From Acidimicrobiales bacterium (GTDB taxonomy: Bacteria > Actinomycetota > Acidimicrobiia > Acidimicrobiales > VFJN01), in contig JBBDWQ010000019.1 of the NCBI GenBank assembly GCA_040902805.1, positions 65,774-129,773 of the forward strand: a stretch of DNA of 64,000 nt, given 5' to 3'. Shown here piece by piece: positions 27,595 to 37,519 of the stretch. The number at the start of each line of letters is the position of its first letter. Position 1 is the first letter of the stretch. The position numbers were made by a program, and so were the translations under genes. Below the pieces are notes generated by a model that did no database searches, was not told the DNA's origin, and was given only the letters and a program-made list of their open reading frames with translations.

Positions 27595-28377
27595 GTGACA
27601 ACCAACGAGCTCGAACCCGACATCAACCGGCTGTGGGCCGAGTACAAGGACAACGGCGAGCGCGAACTGCGTGACCAGCTCATCGTTCACTACTCGCCGC
27701 TGGTCAAGTACGTCGCCGGTCGTGTTGGTACCGGCCTCCCCCAGAACGTCGATCAGGCCGACCTGGTCTCCTACGGGATCTTCGGGTTGATCGACGCCAT
27801 CGAGAAGTTCGATCTGGAGCGAGGTTTCAAGTTCGAGACGTACGCCATTGCGCGCATCAAGGGCAACATCCTCGATGAGCTGCGGTCCATCGACTGGGTG
27901 CCGCGTTCGGTCCGAGCCAAAGCCCGCGCCATCGAGAAGGCGTACTCGAAGCTCGAAGGCCAGCTCCATCGCACACCCACGGACGCCGAGCTTGCCGACG
28001 AGCTCGACCTCACTGACGAGCAGCTGCAGACCACCCTCGGACAGATCTCCTTCACGGGTCTCGTCGCGCTCGATGAGATGCTCTCCGGTGGTGAGCGAGG
28101 TGACTCGATGACGCTCGGCGACACGGTCGCCGAACCGGGAATGGGACCAGTCGCCGCGTACGAGGTCGAAGAGATGCGGCAGATCCTGGCCGAGGCCATC
28201 AATCGCCTGCCCGACCGGGAGAAGACCGTGCTCACCCTCTACTACTACGAGGGTCTCACCCTCGCTGAGATCGGCTCGATCCTCGGCGTGACGGAGAGCC
28301 GCGTGTGCCAGATCCATACAAAGTCAGTGATCCAGCTGCGCGCCCGCATGGCCGCGTCTGAGCGCGAGCCCGCCTAG
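27595..28377 (+). CDS. RNA polymerase sigma factor, FliA/WhiG (sigma-28) family
   Basis: GTG 27595 has AGAGG upstream. Region 2 is LIVHYSPLVKYVAGRV, DLVSYGIFGLIDAIEKFD. Region 4.2 HTH is LTLAEIGSILGVTESRVCQIHTKSV. Only the last 260 aa of the 839-aa ORF-track entry is real. Confidence 0.9.
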   Translation: MTTNELEPDINRLWAEYKDNGERELRDQLIVHYSPLVKYVAGRVGTGLPQNVDQADLVSYGIFGLIDAIEKFDLERGFKFETYAIARIKGNILDELRSIDWVPRSVRAKARAIEKAYSKLEGQLHRTPTDAELADELDLTDEQLQTTLGQISFTGLVALDEMLSGGERGDSMTLGDTVAEPGMGPVAAYEVEEMRQILAEAINRLPDREKTVLTLYYYEGLTLAEIGSILGVTESRVCQIHTKSVIQLRARMAASEREPA

Positions 28378-28463
28378 CTGCGTCATCCGGCCCCGGCCGA
28401 ACCCTCTTTCCCCCGAACTCCTTCCCCCTTCCTGGTCTGACGCGCCCATGAAGGGGAGGCCCG

Positions 28464-30131
28464 ATGCCTCGCCACGCGATGGTGTGTGCGCTCGCGCTCA
28501 CGGTTGGCACAGTGATGGTGACTGCTGCTCCGGTCGCGGCCGAGTCGCCGCCCCGATATCTCCCACCGGTGGCGGCTCCGGTCGTGGACGCGTTCCGGGC
28601 CCCATCGCAGCCCTACGGGGCGGGCAACCGGGGCCTCGAATACGGGACAAGCCCGGGAACGGAGGTGCACGCGTCGGCGACGGGCGTGGTTACCTTCGCT
28701 GGTGTCGTCGCCGGGTCTCGTCACGTCACGGTGCTGCACGACGACGGCCTCCGCACCTCCTACTCGTTTCTGAGCTCCGTTGCCGTCGTCGTTGGTCAGC
28801 ATGTGCCGCAGGGCGCCGTGGTGGGCACCACGATCGATCACCTGCACTTCGGCGCCAGGTCTGGGGACTCGTATCTTGACCCAGCGTCCCTGTTCGGGGG
28901 CTCCACCGTCCGGCTGGTGCCGTTCGACGACCCGCCAGGCGACGGGCCCGCAGGCGAGCGCAGCGCGATTCGCCAACTCATCGGTGGGATCGGCGGTGCG
29001 ATCACGGGAGCGGTCGGCTCGGTCGCCGATGCGGCAGTAGCCGGCACCGGGGCGACGGCGGACTGGCTGCGTCAGGAGGGGCCGCAGGTAGCGCGCACAG
29101 CGATCCACTACCTGCACGCCGCTGGACCCGGTGGGGCACCGGCGCGACTGCTGCGCGGGGGGATGCGGGCGTGGGCCGCGACGCTGGCGGCTACGCGGGG
29201 TCCGTGTACACCCGGGGGACTGCCGCCACCGGCGCCACCGGTTGAACGGCGGGTCGCTGTGCTGGTCGGTGGACTTGGCAGCTCGAGTGACCGTGCCGCG
29301 ATCGACGACGTAGACACGATGTCCCTCGGCTACGAGCCCTCCGACGTGCTGCGCTTCAGCTACGCAGGTGGCCGCATCCCTGACCCCGCCGACGGTCTGG
29401 CTGCCGTGCCGGCGAGGCCGTATGCACCCCCGGACACCCAAGTTGATCTCCGCGCGTCCGGTGCGCGACTCGCCGACCTCATCGAAGCGATCGCGGATGC
29501 GACGCCAGGCGTATCGATCGACCTCTACGCGCACTCCCAAGGTGGCCTTGTCACTCGCCTCGCGCTGATCGAGCTCGAGGCCAGACACGGTGGTCGCTGG
29601 CTGGAGCGGCTCGGCCTCGTGGCGACCCTCGGCACGCCCCACGGCGGAGCTGATCTCGCAACGGCCCTCTACGCGATCGGGACCACCCAAGCTGGCTCGC
29701 TCGCGCTCGATCTGGTGGCTGGTGCATCTGGCCACGAGCTCGACGAGGACGCCATTGCTGTACGACAGCTCGCAGAGACCTCGCAGGTGATCGCGGATCT
29801 AGCGGAGACGCCGATCCCGCCCGGCGTCCGCGCCGTGTCCATCGCCGCCCGAGGGGATCTGATCGTCCCGGTGCCCCGCACCGAGCTGGCGGGTGCAACG
29901 GAGGTGGTGGTCCCCGTCCAGGGCCTGCACGCCCACGACGCACTCCCAGGCAGCGCTCCGGCGGCTCGGGAGCTGGCCCTGGCACTGGCGGGACGTGCAC
30001 CTATCTGCCGGTCCGTTGGGGGTGTACTGGTCGACCAGATCTTGGGGGAGGGGATCAGCTGGGCCGAGGACTCCCTGGGCGCCCAGGGGTGGTCCGCGGC
30101 GGCAGTTCTGGGCTTCCCGTTGCTCGGCTGA
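28464..30131 (+). CDS. Secreted two-domain protein: degenerate M23/LytM domain + C-terminal alpha/beta (lipase/PGAP1-like) serine hydrolase
   Basis: The signal peptide is MPRHAMVCALALTVGTVMVTAAPVAAE. The LytM core is GNRGLEYG...YSFL...DHLHFG. The C-terminal half has GXSXG (AHSQGG), then GDLIVP (Asp) and HAHDALPG (His). Confidence 0.8.
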   Translation: MPRHAMVCALALTVGTVMVTAAPVAAESPPRYLPPVAAPVVDAFRAPSQPYGAGNRGLEYGTSPGTEVHASATGVVTFAGVVAGSRHVTVLHDDGLRTSYSFLSSVAVVVGQHVPQGAVVGTTIDHLHFGARSGDSYLDPASLFGGSTVRLVPFDDPPGDGPAGERSAIRQLIGGIGGAITGAVGSVADAAVAGTGATADWLRQEGPQVARTAIHYLHAAGPGGAPARLLRGGMRAWAATLAATRGPCTPGGLPPPAPPVERRVAVLVGGLGSSSDRAAIDDVDTMSLGYEPSDVLRFSYAGGRIPDPADGLAAVPARPYAPPDTQVDLRASGARLADLIEAIADATPGVSIDLYAHSQGGLVTRLALIELEARHGGRWLERLGLVATLGTPHGGADLATALYAIGTTQAGSLALDLVAGASGHELDEDAIAVRQLAETSQVIADLAETPIPPGVRAVSIAARGDLIVPVPRTELAGATEVVVPVQGLHAHDALPGSAPAARELALALAGRAPICRSVGGVLVDQILGEGISWAEDSLGAQGWSAAAVLGFPLLG

Positions 30132-30307
30132 GTGGCCTGCGCTGGCCGTACCCTCTGGCGGCCCGCTAGATTCGTCCGTCGGCCCGGCATCTGCTTGGTC
30201 GTTCCATACACACTCTGCACCCGGGCCATCCCGTGGTCGTCCCCTTGGGGGCGCCTGGTCCGGCGTCGGCATCGGCCGGCACAGCGAACCTCGGGAAGGG
30301 AGCCCAT

Positions 30308-31264
30308 GTGGCCGTCGTCACCATGAAGCAGCTGTTGGAGGCCGGAGTCCACTTCGGACACCAGACCCGTCGCTGGAACCCGAAGATGAAGCGGTTCATC
30401 TACGGCGAGCGCAACGGCATCTACATCATCGACCTGCAGCAGACGCTCGGTCGCATCGAGACCGCGTACACCTTCGTTCGCGACCTCGTCGCGGACGGCG
30501 GCACGATCCTGTTCATCGGCACCAAGAAGCAGGCCCAGGATCCCATTCAGTCCTACGCCGAAAAGGTCGGGATGCCGTACATCAACCAGCGCTGGCTGGG
30601 CGGCATGCTCACGAACTTCGAAACGATCGGCAAGCGCGTCGCCAAGATGCAGGAGTACCGCCGCATGCGGGCTTCTGGCGAGTTCGACGCCATGCCCAAG
30701 AAGGAAGCCCTGCTCCTCAGCCGCGAGCTCGAGAAGCTCGAGCGCAACCTCGGGGGCATCGCCCAGATGGAGCGCCTGCCGGACGCAGTGTTCATTCTCG
30801 ACACGAAGAAGGAGCACATCGGCGTCACGGAGGCCAACAAGCTCGGCCTTCCGATCATCGCTGTTGTTGACACCAACTGCGATCCCGACGTCGTCCAGTA
30901 CGTCATCCCCGGCAACGACGACGCCATCCGCTCCGGCACGCTCATGTGCCGCGTCATCGCCGACGCCGTCGAGGAAGGCCGCTACATCGCCTCCCGCCGT
31001 GGCGCAGTGGCGGCCGCGGCGGCCTCCGCGGCCTCCGCGGCCGCTGAGGTTCCGGCGCGCAGCGAGGATGAGGAGGCCAACGTGGCTGCCCAGCAGGCCG
31101 AGGCCCGCCGTCAAGCCCTCCTGGCGCAGCAGCAGCGCGATGCCCGCGTCGGTGGTGCCCCCATCCCGCCGCCCCCGCCTGTCTCCGCGCCGGTGGCCGA
31201 GGCCCCCGCCTCCGAGGCACCTGTGGCCGAAACCCCTGAGGCCGCGGCCGGCGCCGAGGACTGA
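30308..31264 (+). CDS. rpsB: 30S ribosomal protein S2 (with Ala/Pro-rich C-terminal extension)
   Basis: GTG 30308 gives (M)[26 protein letters not shown]. Confidence 0.95.
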   Translation: MAVVTMKQLLEAGVHFGHQTRRWNPKMKRFIYGERNGIYIIDLQQTLGRIETAYTFVRDLVADGGTILFIGTKKQAQDPIQSYAEKVGMPYINQRWLGGMLTNFETIGKRVAKMQEYRRMRASGEFDAMPKKEALLLSRELEKLERNLGGIAQMERLPDAVFILDTKKEHIGVTEANKLGLPIIAVVDTNCDPDVVQYVIPGNDDAIRSGTLMCRVIADAVEEGRYIASRRGAVAAAAASAASAAAEVPARSEDEEANVAAQQAEARRQALLAQQQRDARVGGAPIPPPPPVSAPVAEAPASEAPVAETPEAAAGAED

Positions 31265-31300
31265 CCGACCCCCCGATTCGCACTACGAGGAGCAACCCCA

Positions 31301-32086
31301 ATGTCGTTCACCGCCAAGGACGTGCAGGCCCTTCGCCAGGCCAGCGGCGCCGGGATGATGGATGCCAAGCGCGCGCTTGAGGAGTCGGGCGGCGACTTCG
31401 ACGCCGCCGTGAAGTCGCTTCGTGAGAAGGGGCTTGCCAAGTCCGTCGACCGATCGGACCGCGACAACGCTCAAGGCGCGGTTGCCGTCGGCCGGGCTGA
31501 TGGTGTCGCTGCGATGGTCGAGCTCAAGTGCGAGACCGACTTCGTCGCGAAGTCCGATCAGTTCCTCAAGGTGCTCGATGACCTCGTCGCCTGCGTTCTC
31601 GCGACGGGCTCGGTCGACTCGCGCAAGGAGCTGGTCGATGATCTCAAGGTCACCCTGAAGGAGAACATCGACGTAGGCCGAGTCGTGCGGGTCGATGTCG
31701 CCGCCTCGCAGGCTGTCGACACCTACTTGCACAAGCAGGAGGGTCGCGGGGTCAATGCCGTGATCGTGGTCCTCAACGATGGCACCGAGGAGCTCGCACA
31801 CGAGATCGCTGTGTCCGCGGCGTTCAGCAAGCCGCGGTACCTGCGTCGCGACGAAGTGCCCGAGGCAGATGCGGCCACCGAGCGGGACACACTCGTGGGG
31901 ATCACCCGCGCCGAAGGGAAGCCCGAGCAGGCCATCGACAAGATCGTCGAAGGTCGCCTGAACGCCTGGTACAAGGACCAAGTTCTCCTCGAGCAGCCCT
32001 ACGCCAAGGATGACAAGCAGACGATCACCCAGCTCCTCGGAGCGGCGACGATCGCCGAGTTCGCTCAGGTCTACATCGGCTCTTGA
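31301..32086 (+). CDS. tsf: Elongation factor Ts
   Basis: Begins [36 protein letters not shown] (UBA-like N-terminus) and follows rpsB. Confidence 0.95.
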   Translation: MSFTAKDVQALRQASGAGMMDAKRALEESGGDFDAAVKSLREKGLAKSVDRSDRDNAQGAVAVGRADGVAAMVELKCETDFVAKSDQFLKVLDDLVACVLATGSVDSRKELVDDLKVTLKENIDVGRVVRVDVAASQAVDTYLHKQEGRGVNAVIVVLNDGTEELAHEIAVSAAFSKPRYLRRDEVPEADAATERDTLVGITRAEGKPEQAIDKIVEGRLNAWYKDQVLLEQPYAKDDKQTITQLLGAATIAEFAQVYIGS

Positions 32087-32799
32087 GCGACCTCCGGTAC
32101 CCGCGGATCCTGCTGAAGCTCTCCGGCGAAGCGTTCGCCGGAGAGGACAACCCCATCGATGGCAAGGTCGCCGAGTTCGTCGCGGGCGAGATCGTGGAAG
32201 CCCGTGGTCTCGGCGTCGATGTCGCCGTGGTTGTCGGCGGCGGGAACATCTGGCGTGGAATGACCGGTGCCGGATCAGGAATGGACCGGGCGCAGGCCGA
32301 TTACATGGGCATGCTGGCCACCGCCATCAATGCCCTCGCGTTGCAGGACACGCTGGAGCGGTTGGGTCAGCCCACCCGCGTGCAGAGTGCGATCCACATG
32401 TCCCAGGTGGCCGAGCCGTACATCCGGCGTCGTGCGATCCGCCACCTCGAGAAGGGGCGCGTCGTGATCTTCGCTGGCGGCACTGGAAATCCGTTCTTCA
32501 CGACCGACACCGCCGCTGCGCTGCGTGCCGTCGAGATCGAGGCCGACGTGATGCTGCGCGGCACCCATTCCGGGGTCGAAGGGCTCTACACCGACGACCC
32601 GCGTACCAATCCCGAGGCCACGCTCATCCCCGATGTCAGCTATCTCGACGTGCTGAACCGTGGTCTCAAGGCGATGGATTCCACGGCCCTCACCCTGTGC
32701 ATGGACAACGGACTGCCAATCATCATGTTCGACCTGCTCGGCAAGGGAAATGTGCGGTCCATCCTGGAAGGGAAGCCGATCGGTACTGTGGTCCGATGA
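32083..32799 (+). CDS. pyrH: UMP kinase
   Basis: Carries [22 protein letters not shown] and [20 protein letters not shown]. The TTG start overlaps the tsf TGA. Confidence 0.95.
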   Translation: MSDLRYPRILLKLSGEAFAGEDNPIDGKVAEFVAGEIVEARGLGVDVAVVVGGGNIWRGMTGAGSGMDRAQADYMGMLATAINALALQDTLERLGQPTRVQSAIHMSQVAEPYIRRRAIRHLEKGRVVIFAGGTGNPFFTTDTAAALRAVEIEADVMLRGTHSGVEGLYTDDPRTNPEATLIPDVSYLDVLNRGLKAMDSTALTLCMDNGLPIIMFDLLGKGNVRSILEGKPIGTVVR

Positions 32800-32818
32800 T
32801 CATCGAGCTCGCGCCCTG

Positions 32819-33388
32819 ATGTCTGATGAGCTGATCGCTCTGGTGCTCGACGACGCGCGCGCCAAGATGCACAGGGCCGTGGAGCACGCTCGGGCCGAGT
32901 TCTCCTCCGTGCGCACGGGACGTGCTGCTCCGGCTCTGGTCGAGAAGGTCCTCGTCGACTACTACGGGAGCGAAGTGCCGCTTCAGCAGATTGCCGGTTT
33001 TCAGGTTCCCGAGGCACGAATGCTCGTGATCAGTCCCTACGACAAGGCGTCGCTCGGTGCGATCGAGAAGGCCATTCAACAGTCAGATCTGGGCCTCAAC
33101 CCGAGCAACGACGGACAGGTCATCCGGCTGACGTTCCCGCAGCTCACCGCCGAGCGTCGCAAAGACCTGGTGCGGATGGTGAAGGCCATGGCAGAGGAGG
33201 GTCGGATCGCGATCCGAAACCTGCGTCGCGCCGCCCGCCATGACCTCGAGGCGCTGGAGAAGGACAATGACGCCACCGAAGACGAGCTAGCGCGCGCCGA
33301 GAAGGATCTCGACAAGATCACGCGTGCGCAGGAGGCAGAGGTCGACAAGGCGCTCGAGCAGAAGGAGCAGGAGCTGCTCGAGGTCTGA
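32819..33388 (+). CDS. frr: Ribosome recycling factor
   Basis: Carries [36 protein letters not shown] and IRNLRR. Confidence 0.95.
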   Translation: [189 protein letters not shown]

Positions 33389-33446
33389 ACACGGCTCGGC
33401 GTCTGCCGGGTCGCGGGGGATGCAGTGCTGACGCAAGGAGGTCCCG

Positions 33447-34994
33447 ATGGACCAGGACGAACGACCAGAGGACAAGCGCTCCAAGCCCCCCACAGAGGGT
33501 GTGCGCATCATTGGTGCTGAGGAAGCCGCCCAGGCACTCGAGCGCGGTGACATCGCTCATCGGCGGGGCGAGGATCAACCGCGCTATGGCGACCGTCCGG
33601 ACGCGCCCGGCGGCGACGGCCCGCGGCCGGTGTTGCGGTTCCCGCTCGGGTCGTCCTCGGACCCGCGCGACATCGAACGCTCGGTGGCTGCCGCGCACGA
33701 TCCGATCAGCGAGCAGGTTGAGCTGCCGCACTGGACCGAGCCGGCTACCGGTCAGGTCCCCAAGATCCTCTCCAGCGGGTCCGATCCAGACGACGACCTC
33801 GGCGACTGGGCCGGGGTTGCATCGTCGGGACCGCGCTGGCGTGACGAGTCCACCCGCCGCGAACAGGACGAGGGCTACGACGACGTCTCGACCTGGCGCG
33901 AGGTCGAGGACGACGACCGGCTCGGTGCGCTCGATGACCGCGAGCGGCCGACCCACGACGACTTCTTCAGCTTTGCCGATCTCGAGGAGGCCGTCGTACC
34001 TGGTCGCTCCGTGTTCGCGGACGATGCCGAGGACGTGTTCACACCCTCATGGTCTGATGACGAGGTGGACGAAGAGGCTGAGGCGGCACCCCGGCGTCGA
34101 ACCCCGGCGGCGCGCGCTCGGCGCGCACCCGCCGAGCCCGCGCGAGGCCAGCGAGCCACACGCTCTGGGGGTGGCGGTGGTGAGCGGGACATCGCCATGG
34201 CAGCCATCGTCGGAGTCGGGTTCCTGGCGCTGGCGCTCATCCTGTTCAACATGGGTCCGGGCCCTGCGATGGTGCTGGTGACCGCAGTGGTCGGGCTGTC
34301 GGCCGCCGAGTTCTACGGCGTCGCCCGCCAGGTCGGCTATCAGCCGATCGCGTTGGCCGGAATCGTCGGAGCAGTGGGCCTCGTGGTGGGTGCCTACAAC
34401 TACGGCACGGCGGCTGTTCCCACCGTCTTGTTCCTGAGCGTTGCCGTGTGCCTGTTGTGGTATCTCGTCGGCGCTGGAGGCGAGCACCCGACCATGAACA
34501 TCGGGGTCACGCTGCTCGGACTTCTCTGGATTGGCCTGTTCGGGTCGTTCGCGGCGCTCATGCTCAGCATCGGTGACGGTGGCGTTGGGGTCTTGCTTGC
34601 CGCGGTGCTCGGTACGGTCGGGTATGACGTCGGTGGCTACTTCGTCGGGAAGAACGCTGGTCGTCAGCCGCTGTCGGCAGCTAGCCCCAACAAGACAGTC
34701 GAAGGTCTCATGGGTGGCTGTGCGAGCTCCTTCGCGGTGGTCGTGCTTCTCTCGACGATGTTCGGCCTCGGGCCCATCGACTCGTTCGGTGAGGGCGCCA
34801 TCGTCGGCTTGGCGGTGGCGTTGTTTGCCCCCCTGGGCGACCTGTGCCAGTCCGTGGTCAAGCGGGACCTCGGCGTGAAGGACATGGGGGCGATCCTGCC
34901 CGGTCATGGCGGACTCCTCGATCGGTTCGATGCTCTCCTGTTCGTGCTCCCGGCCGTTTGGCTTCTGGCCACCGTCAAGGACTTCTTCATCTGA
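33447..34994 (+). CDS. cdsA: Phosphatidate cytidylyltransferase CdsA with ~250-aa acidic N-terminal extension
   Basis: The C-terminal ~265 aa is a multi-TM region with SPNKTVEGLMGG and GDLCQSVVKRDLGVKDMGAILPGHGGLLDRFD (CTP-transferase signature). The same frame is open from ATG 33447. Confidence 0.85.
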   Translation: MDQDERPEDKRSKPPTEGVRIIGAEEAAQALERGDIAHRRGEDQPRYGDRPDAPGGDGPRPVLRFPLGSSSDPRDIERSVAAAHDPISEQVELPHWTEPATGQVPKILSSGSDPDDDLGDWAGVASSGPRWRDESTRREQDEGYDDVSTWREVEDDDRLGALDDRERPTHDDFFSFADLEEAVVPGRSVFADDAEDVFTPSWSDDEVDEEAEAAPRRRTPAARARRAPAEPARGQRATRSGGGGGERDIAMAAIVGVGFLALALILFNMGPGPAMVLVTAVVGLSAAEFYGVARQVGYQPIALAGIVGAVGLVVGAYNYGTAAVPTVLFLSVAVCLLWYLVGAGGEHPTMNIGVTLLGLLWIGLFGSFAALMLSIGDGGVGVLLAAVLGTVGYDVGGYFVGKNAGRQPLSAASPNKTVEGLMGGCASSFAVVVLLSTMFGLGPIDSFGEGAIVGLAVALFAPLGDLCQSVVKRDLGVKDMGAILPGHGGLLDRFDALLFVLPAVWLLATVKDFFI

Positions 34995-35015
34995 GACACC
35001 GGTAACCTGACGGCC

Positions 35016-36191
35016 ATGGTGACCACCGTCTCGATCGCTGGGTCCACCGGGTCGATCGGAACGCAGACGCTGGACGTTCTGGCTGGTGAGCCCGACCGGT
35101 TCGAGGTGGTTGCGCTCGGTGCCGCTCGATCGGTCGATCAGCTGGCCGAGCAAGCCCAACGCTGGACGCCCAAGGTCGTGGCCATCGCAGATCCCACGCT
35201 GGCGTCGGCACTCGAGGCTCTCGTGCCGCTGGGTACCGAGGTTGTCGCGGGCCCCGATGCGCTGGCGGACATCGCCGGGCTCGGCGATGTCTGCGTCAAC
35301 GGCGTCGTCGGCTTCGCCGGTCTCGGGGTCACATTGGCCGCAGTGCACGCAGGCAAGCGCTTGGCGCTCGCCAACAAGGAATCGCTGATCGCCGGCGGAC
35401 CCGTGGTGCGCCGCGCCCGCGACGCCGCAGGGGCCGGGGAGCTCGTGCCGGTCGACAGCGAGCACTGCGCAATCCATCAGTGCCTCCGCGCCCAACATCC
35501 GGGCGCCCTGGCGGGGGAGTGGGTCGATCGGATCGTGCTCACCGCCTCCGGCGGACCGTTCCGCGGACGTTCACGGGCCGAGCTTGCCGGCGTGAGCATC
35601 GACGACGCGCTCGCCCATCCGACGTGGTCGATGGGACCGAAGATCACGATCGACTCGTCCACCCTGATGAACAAGGGACTCGAGGTGATCGAGGCCCACG
35701 AGCTGTTCGGAGTCGACTACGACCAGATTCAAGTTGTGGTGCATCCCCAGTCGATCATCCACTCCATGGTCGAGTTCACCGACGGCGCCACCATCGCCCA
35801 GCTCTCGCTACCCGACATGCGGCTGCCGATTGCCTACGCGTTGGCCTATCCCGACCGGATCGGCACGCCGTTCGGACGAATCGACTGGGCCACGCTGCGG
35901 CACCTCGACTTCGAGCCGCCGGACCTCGATGCCTTCCCCTGTCTCGGCCTGGCCTACGCCGCTGGTCGGGCCGGCGAGCTGGCCCCCGCCACGCTCAATG
36001 CTGCCAACGAGGCCGCCGTGGCGTCGTTCCTGAACGGGCGCATCCCGTGGTCGATGATCCCTGCCGTACTCGCCGAGGTCCTCGACCGGCATGATGGAGG
36101 CCCTGCCGACAGCGTCGACGCTGTCATCGAAGCCGATCGGGTGGCCCGATCCATGGCTGAGGCGATCATCGTGGAGAGGCACAGAGCGTGA
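35016..36191 (+). CDS. dxr: 1-deoxy-D-xylulose 5-phosphate reductoisomerase
   Basis: Carries IAGSTGSIGTQTLDV, LANKESLI, PVDSEH and NKGLEVIEAH. Confidence 0.95.
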   Translation: MVTTVSIAGSTGSIGTQTLDVLAGEPDRFEVVALGAARSVDQLAEQAQRWTPKVVAIADPTLASALEALVPLGTEVVAGPDALADIAGLGDVCVNGVVGFAGLGVTLAAVHAGKRLALANKESLIAGGPVVRRARDAAGAGELVPVDSEHCAIHQCLRAQHPGALAGEWVDRIVLTASGGPFRGRSRAELAGVSIDDALAHPTWSMGPKITIDSSTLMNKGLEVIEAHELFGVDYDQIQVVVHPQSIIHSMVEFTDGATIAQLSLPDMRLPIAYALAYPDRIGTPFGRIDWATLRHLDFEPPDLDAFPCLGLAYAAGRAGELAPATLNAANEAAVASFLNGRIPWSMIPAVLAEVLDRHDGGPADSVDAVIEADRVARSMAEAIIVERHRA

Positions 36192-37519
36192 CGGAGATCG
36201 AGGCCCCCGAGTCCCCCGACGGATCGCAGCCCCGCGGGGAGATCGCCGGGGGAGGCTGGCGCATCGCCGCGCTCGTCGCCGCGACCGTCGCCTTCGGGCT
36301 CTACGCGGGCAAGGGCTGGCTCCTCATCATCGCGGCCATCACGATCATGATCTTCCTGCACGAGCTCGGGCACTACGTCACCGCCAGGTGGTCGGGCATG
36401 AAGGTCACGGAGTTCTTCCTGTTCTTCGGACCCAAGCTGTGGTCGTTCCGACGAGGCGAGACGGAGTACGGCATCAAGCTGATCCCGGTCGGGGCCTACG
36501 TGCGCATCATCGGGATGAACAACCTTGACGTGTGTCCTCCTGAGGACGAGCCGCGCACGTTTCGTCAGCAGACCTTCCCGAAGCGATTGCTGGTGGTCTC
36601 CGCCGGTTCGCTGATGCACTTCCTGCAGGCGTTCTTGCTGTTCGTGGTGGCGTTCTCTTGGTTGGGCGTGCCGGCGTACACCGACGAGGCGGAGCGACTC
36701 GGTGGCAGTCCCGTCGAGCCGATCGATTGGACGATTGCGGCGGTGTCGCCCGACTCAGCCGCAGATGCTGCCGGGCTCAGGCCCGGGGATCGGATCGTTC
36801 GCATCGGCGGGGAGCCCGTGACGTCGTTTGCCGATGTCGGGCCACTGATCGCAGGCCGGATCGGCGACTCGGTGCCGCTCGAGGTCGTCCGCGGTGAGGA
36901 GACCGTCGACCTTCAGGCAACGATCGGGCACGCGCCCGACGACAAGAAGCGCGCGCTGCTCGGGATCACACGCGAGCTCCCAGATCTGCCCACCGTCACC
37001 GGCAGCCCGCTGCGCTCAGCGGTCCTTGCAGGCGAGTACACCGCTTCCACGATCAAGAACACCGTGATCGGACTGTCGGGCTTCTTCACCGGCGGGATGG
37101 GTGACTTCGCGTCGAGCGTCGTCGAGGGGGGCCGTCAGGACGGTCCCGCGATCACAGGCGGCGGATCTTCCAGTGGGGGTCGAACCGTTGACGAAGGCGA
37201 CGAGCACCGGCTCGTGAGCATCTACGGCGTGGCCCGGATCGGTGCATCGATGAGCGAGTCCGGCATGAGCCCGTTCCTGTTGCTGCTCGCCTTCGTGAAC
37301 ATCTCGATTGGCGTGCTCAACCTCATCCCGTTGCTGCCGCTCGACGGCGGCCACGCCGCGGTTGCGATCTACGAGCGCCTCCGGTCCATCGGCGGGCGCC
37401 GCTACATGGCCGATGTGTCACGCCTGTTGCCGCTCACCTACGCGGTCTTCATGTTCCTCGTCCTCCTCGGTGCATCCTCGATCTACCTCGACATCGTCGA
37501 CCCGATCGGTCTGGGTTAG
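36188..37519 (+). CDS. rseP: M50 site-2 (RIP) zinc metalloprotease RseP/Rip1
   Basis: Has HELGHY (HExxH), a PDZ segment (DAAGLRPGDRIVRIGGEPV) and NLIPLLPLDGG. Confidence 0.9.
   Translation: MTEIEAPESPDGSQPRGEIAGGGWRIAALVAATVAFGLYAGKGWLLIIAAITIMIFLHELGHYVTARWSGMKVTEFFLFFGPKLWSFRRGETEYGIKLIPVGAYVRIIGMNNLDVCPPEDEPRTFRQQTFPKRLLVVSAGSLMHFLQAFLLFVVAFSWLGVPAYTDEAERLGGSPVEPIDWTIAAVSPDSAADAAGLRPGDRIVRIGGEPVTSFADVGPLIAGRIGDSVPLEVVRGEETVDLQATIGHAPDDKKRALLGITRELPDLPTVTGSPLRSAVLAGEYTASTIKNTVIGLSGFFTGGMGDFASSVVEGGRQDGPAITGGGSSSGGRTVDEGDEHRLVSIYGVARIGASMSESGMSPFLLLLAFVNISIGVLNLIPLLPLDGGHAAVAIYERLRSIGGRRYMADVSRLLPLTYAVFMFLVLLGASSIYLDIVDPIGLG

Noticed and set aside
30132-30307. The 176-nt region upstream of rpsB, scanned for an S2 autoregulatory leader or promoter.
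   Set aside because: I could verify no convincing stem-loop or consensus promoter by eye. It would need covariation analysis.
31000-31264. The Ala/Pro-rich C-terminal extension of ribosomal protein S2.
   Set aside because: Such extensions are common on actinobacterial S2 proteins as I recall. It is noted only as part of the general low-complexity-tail theme.
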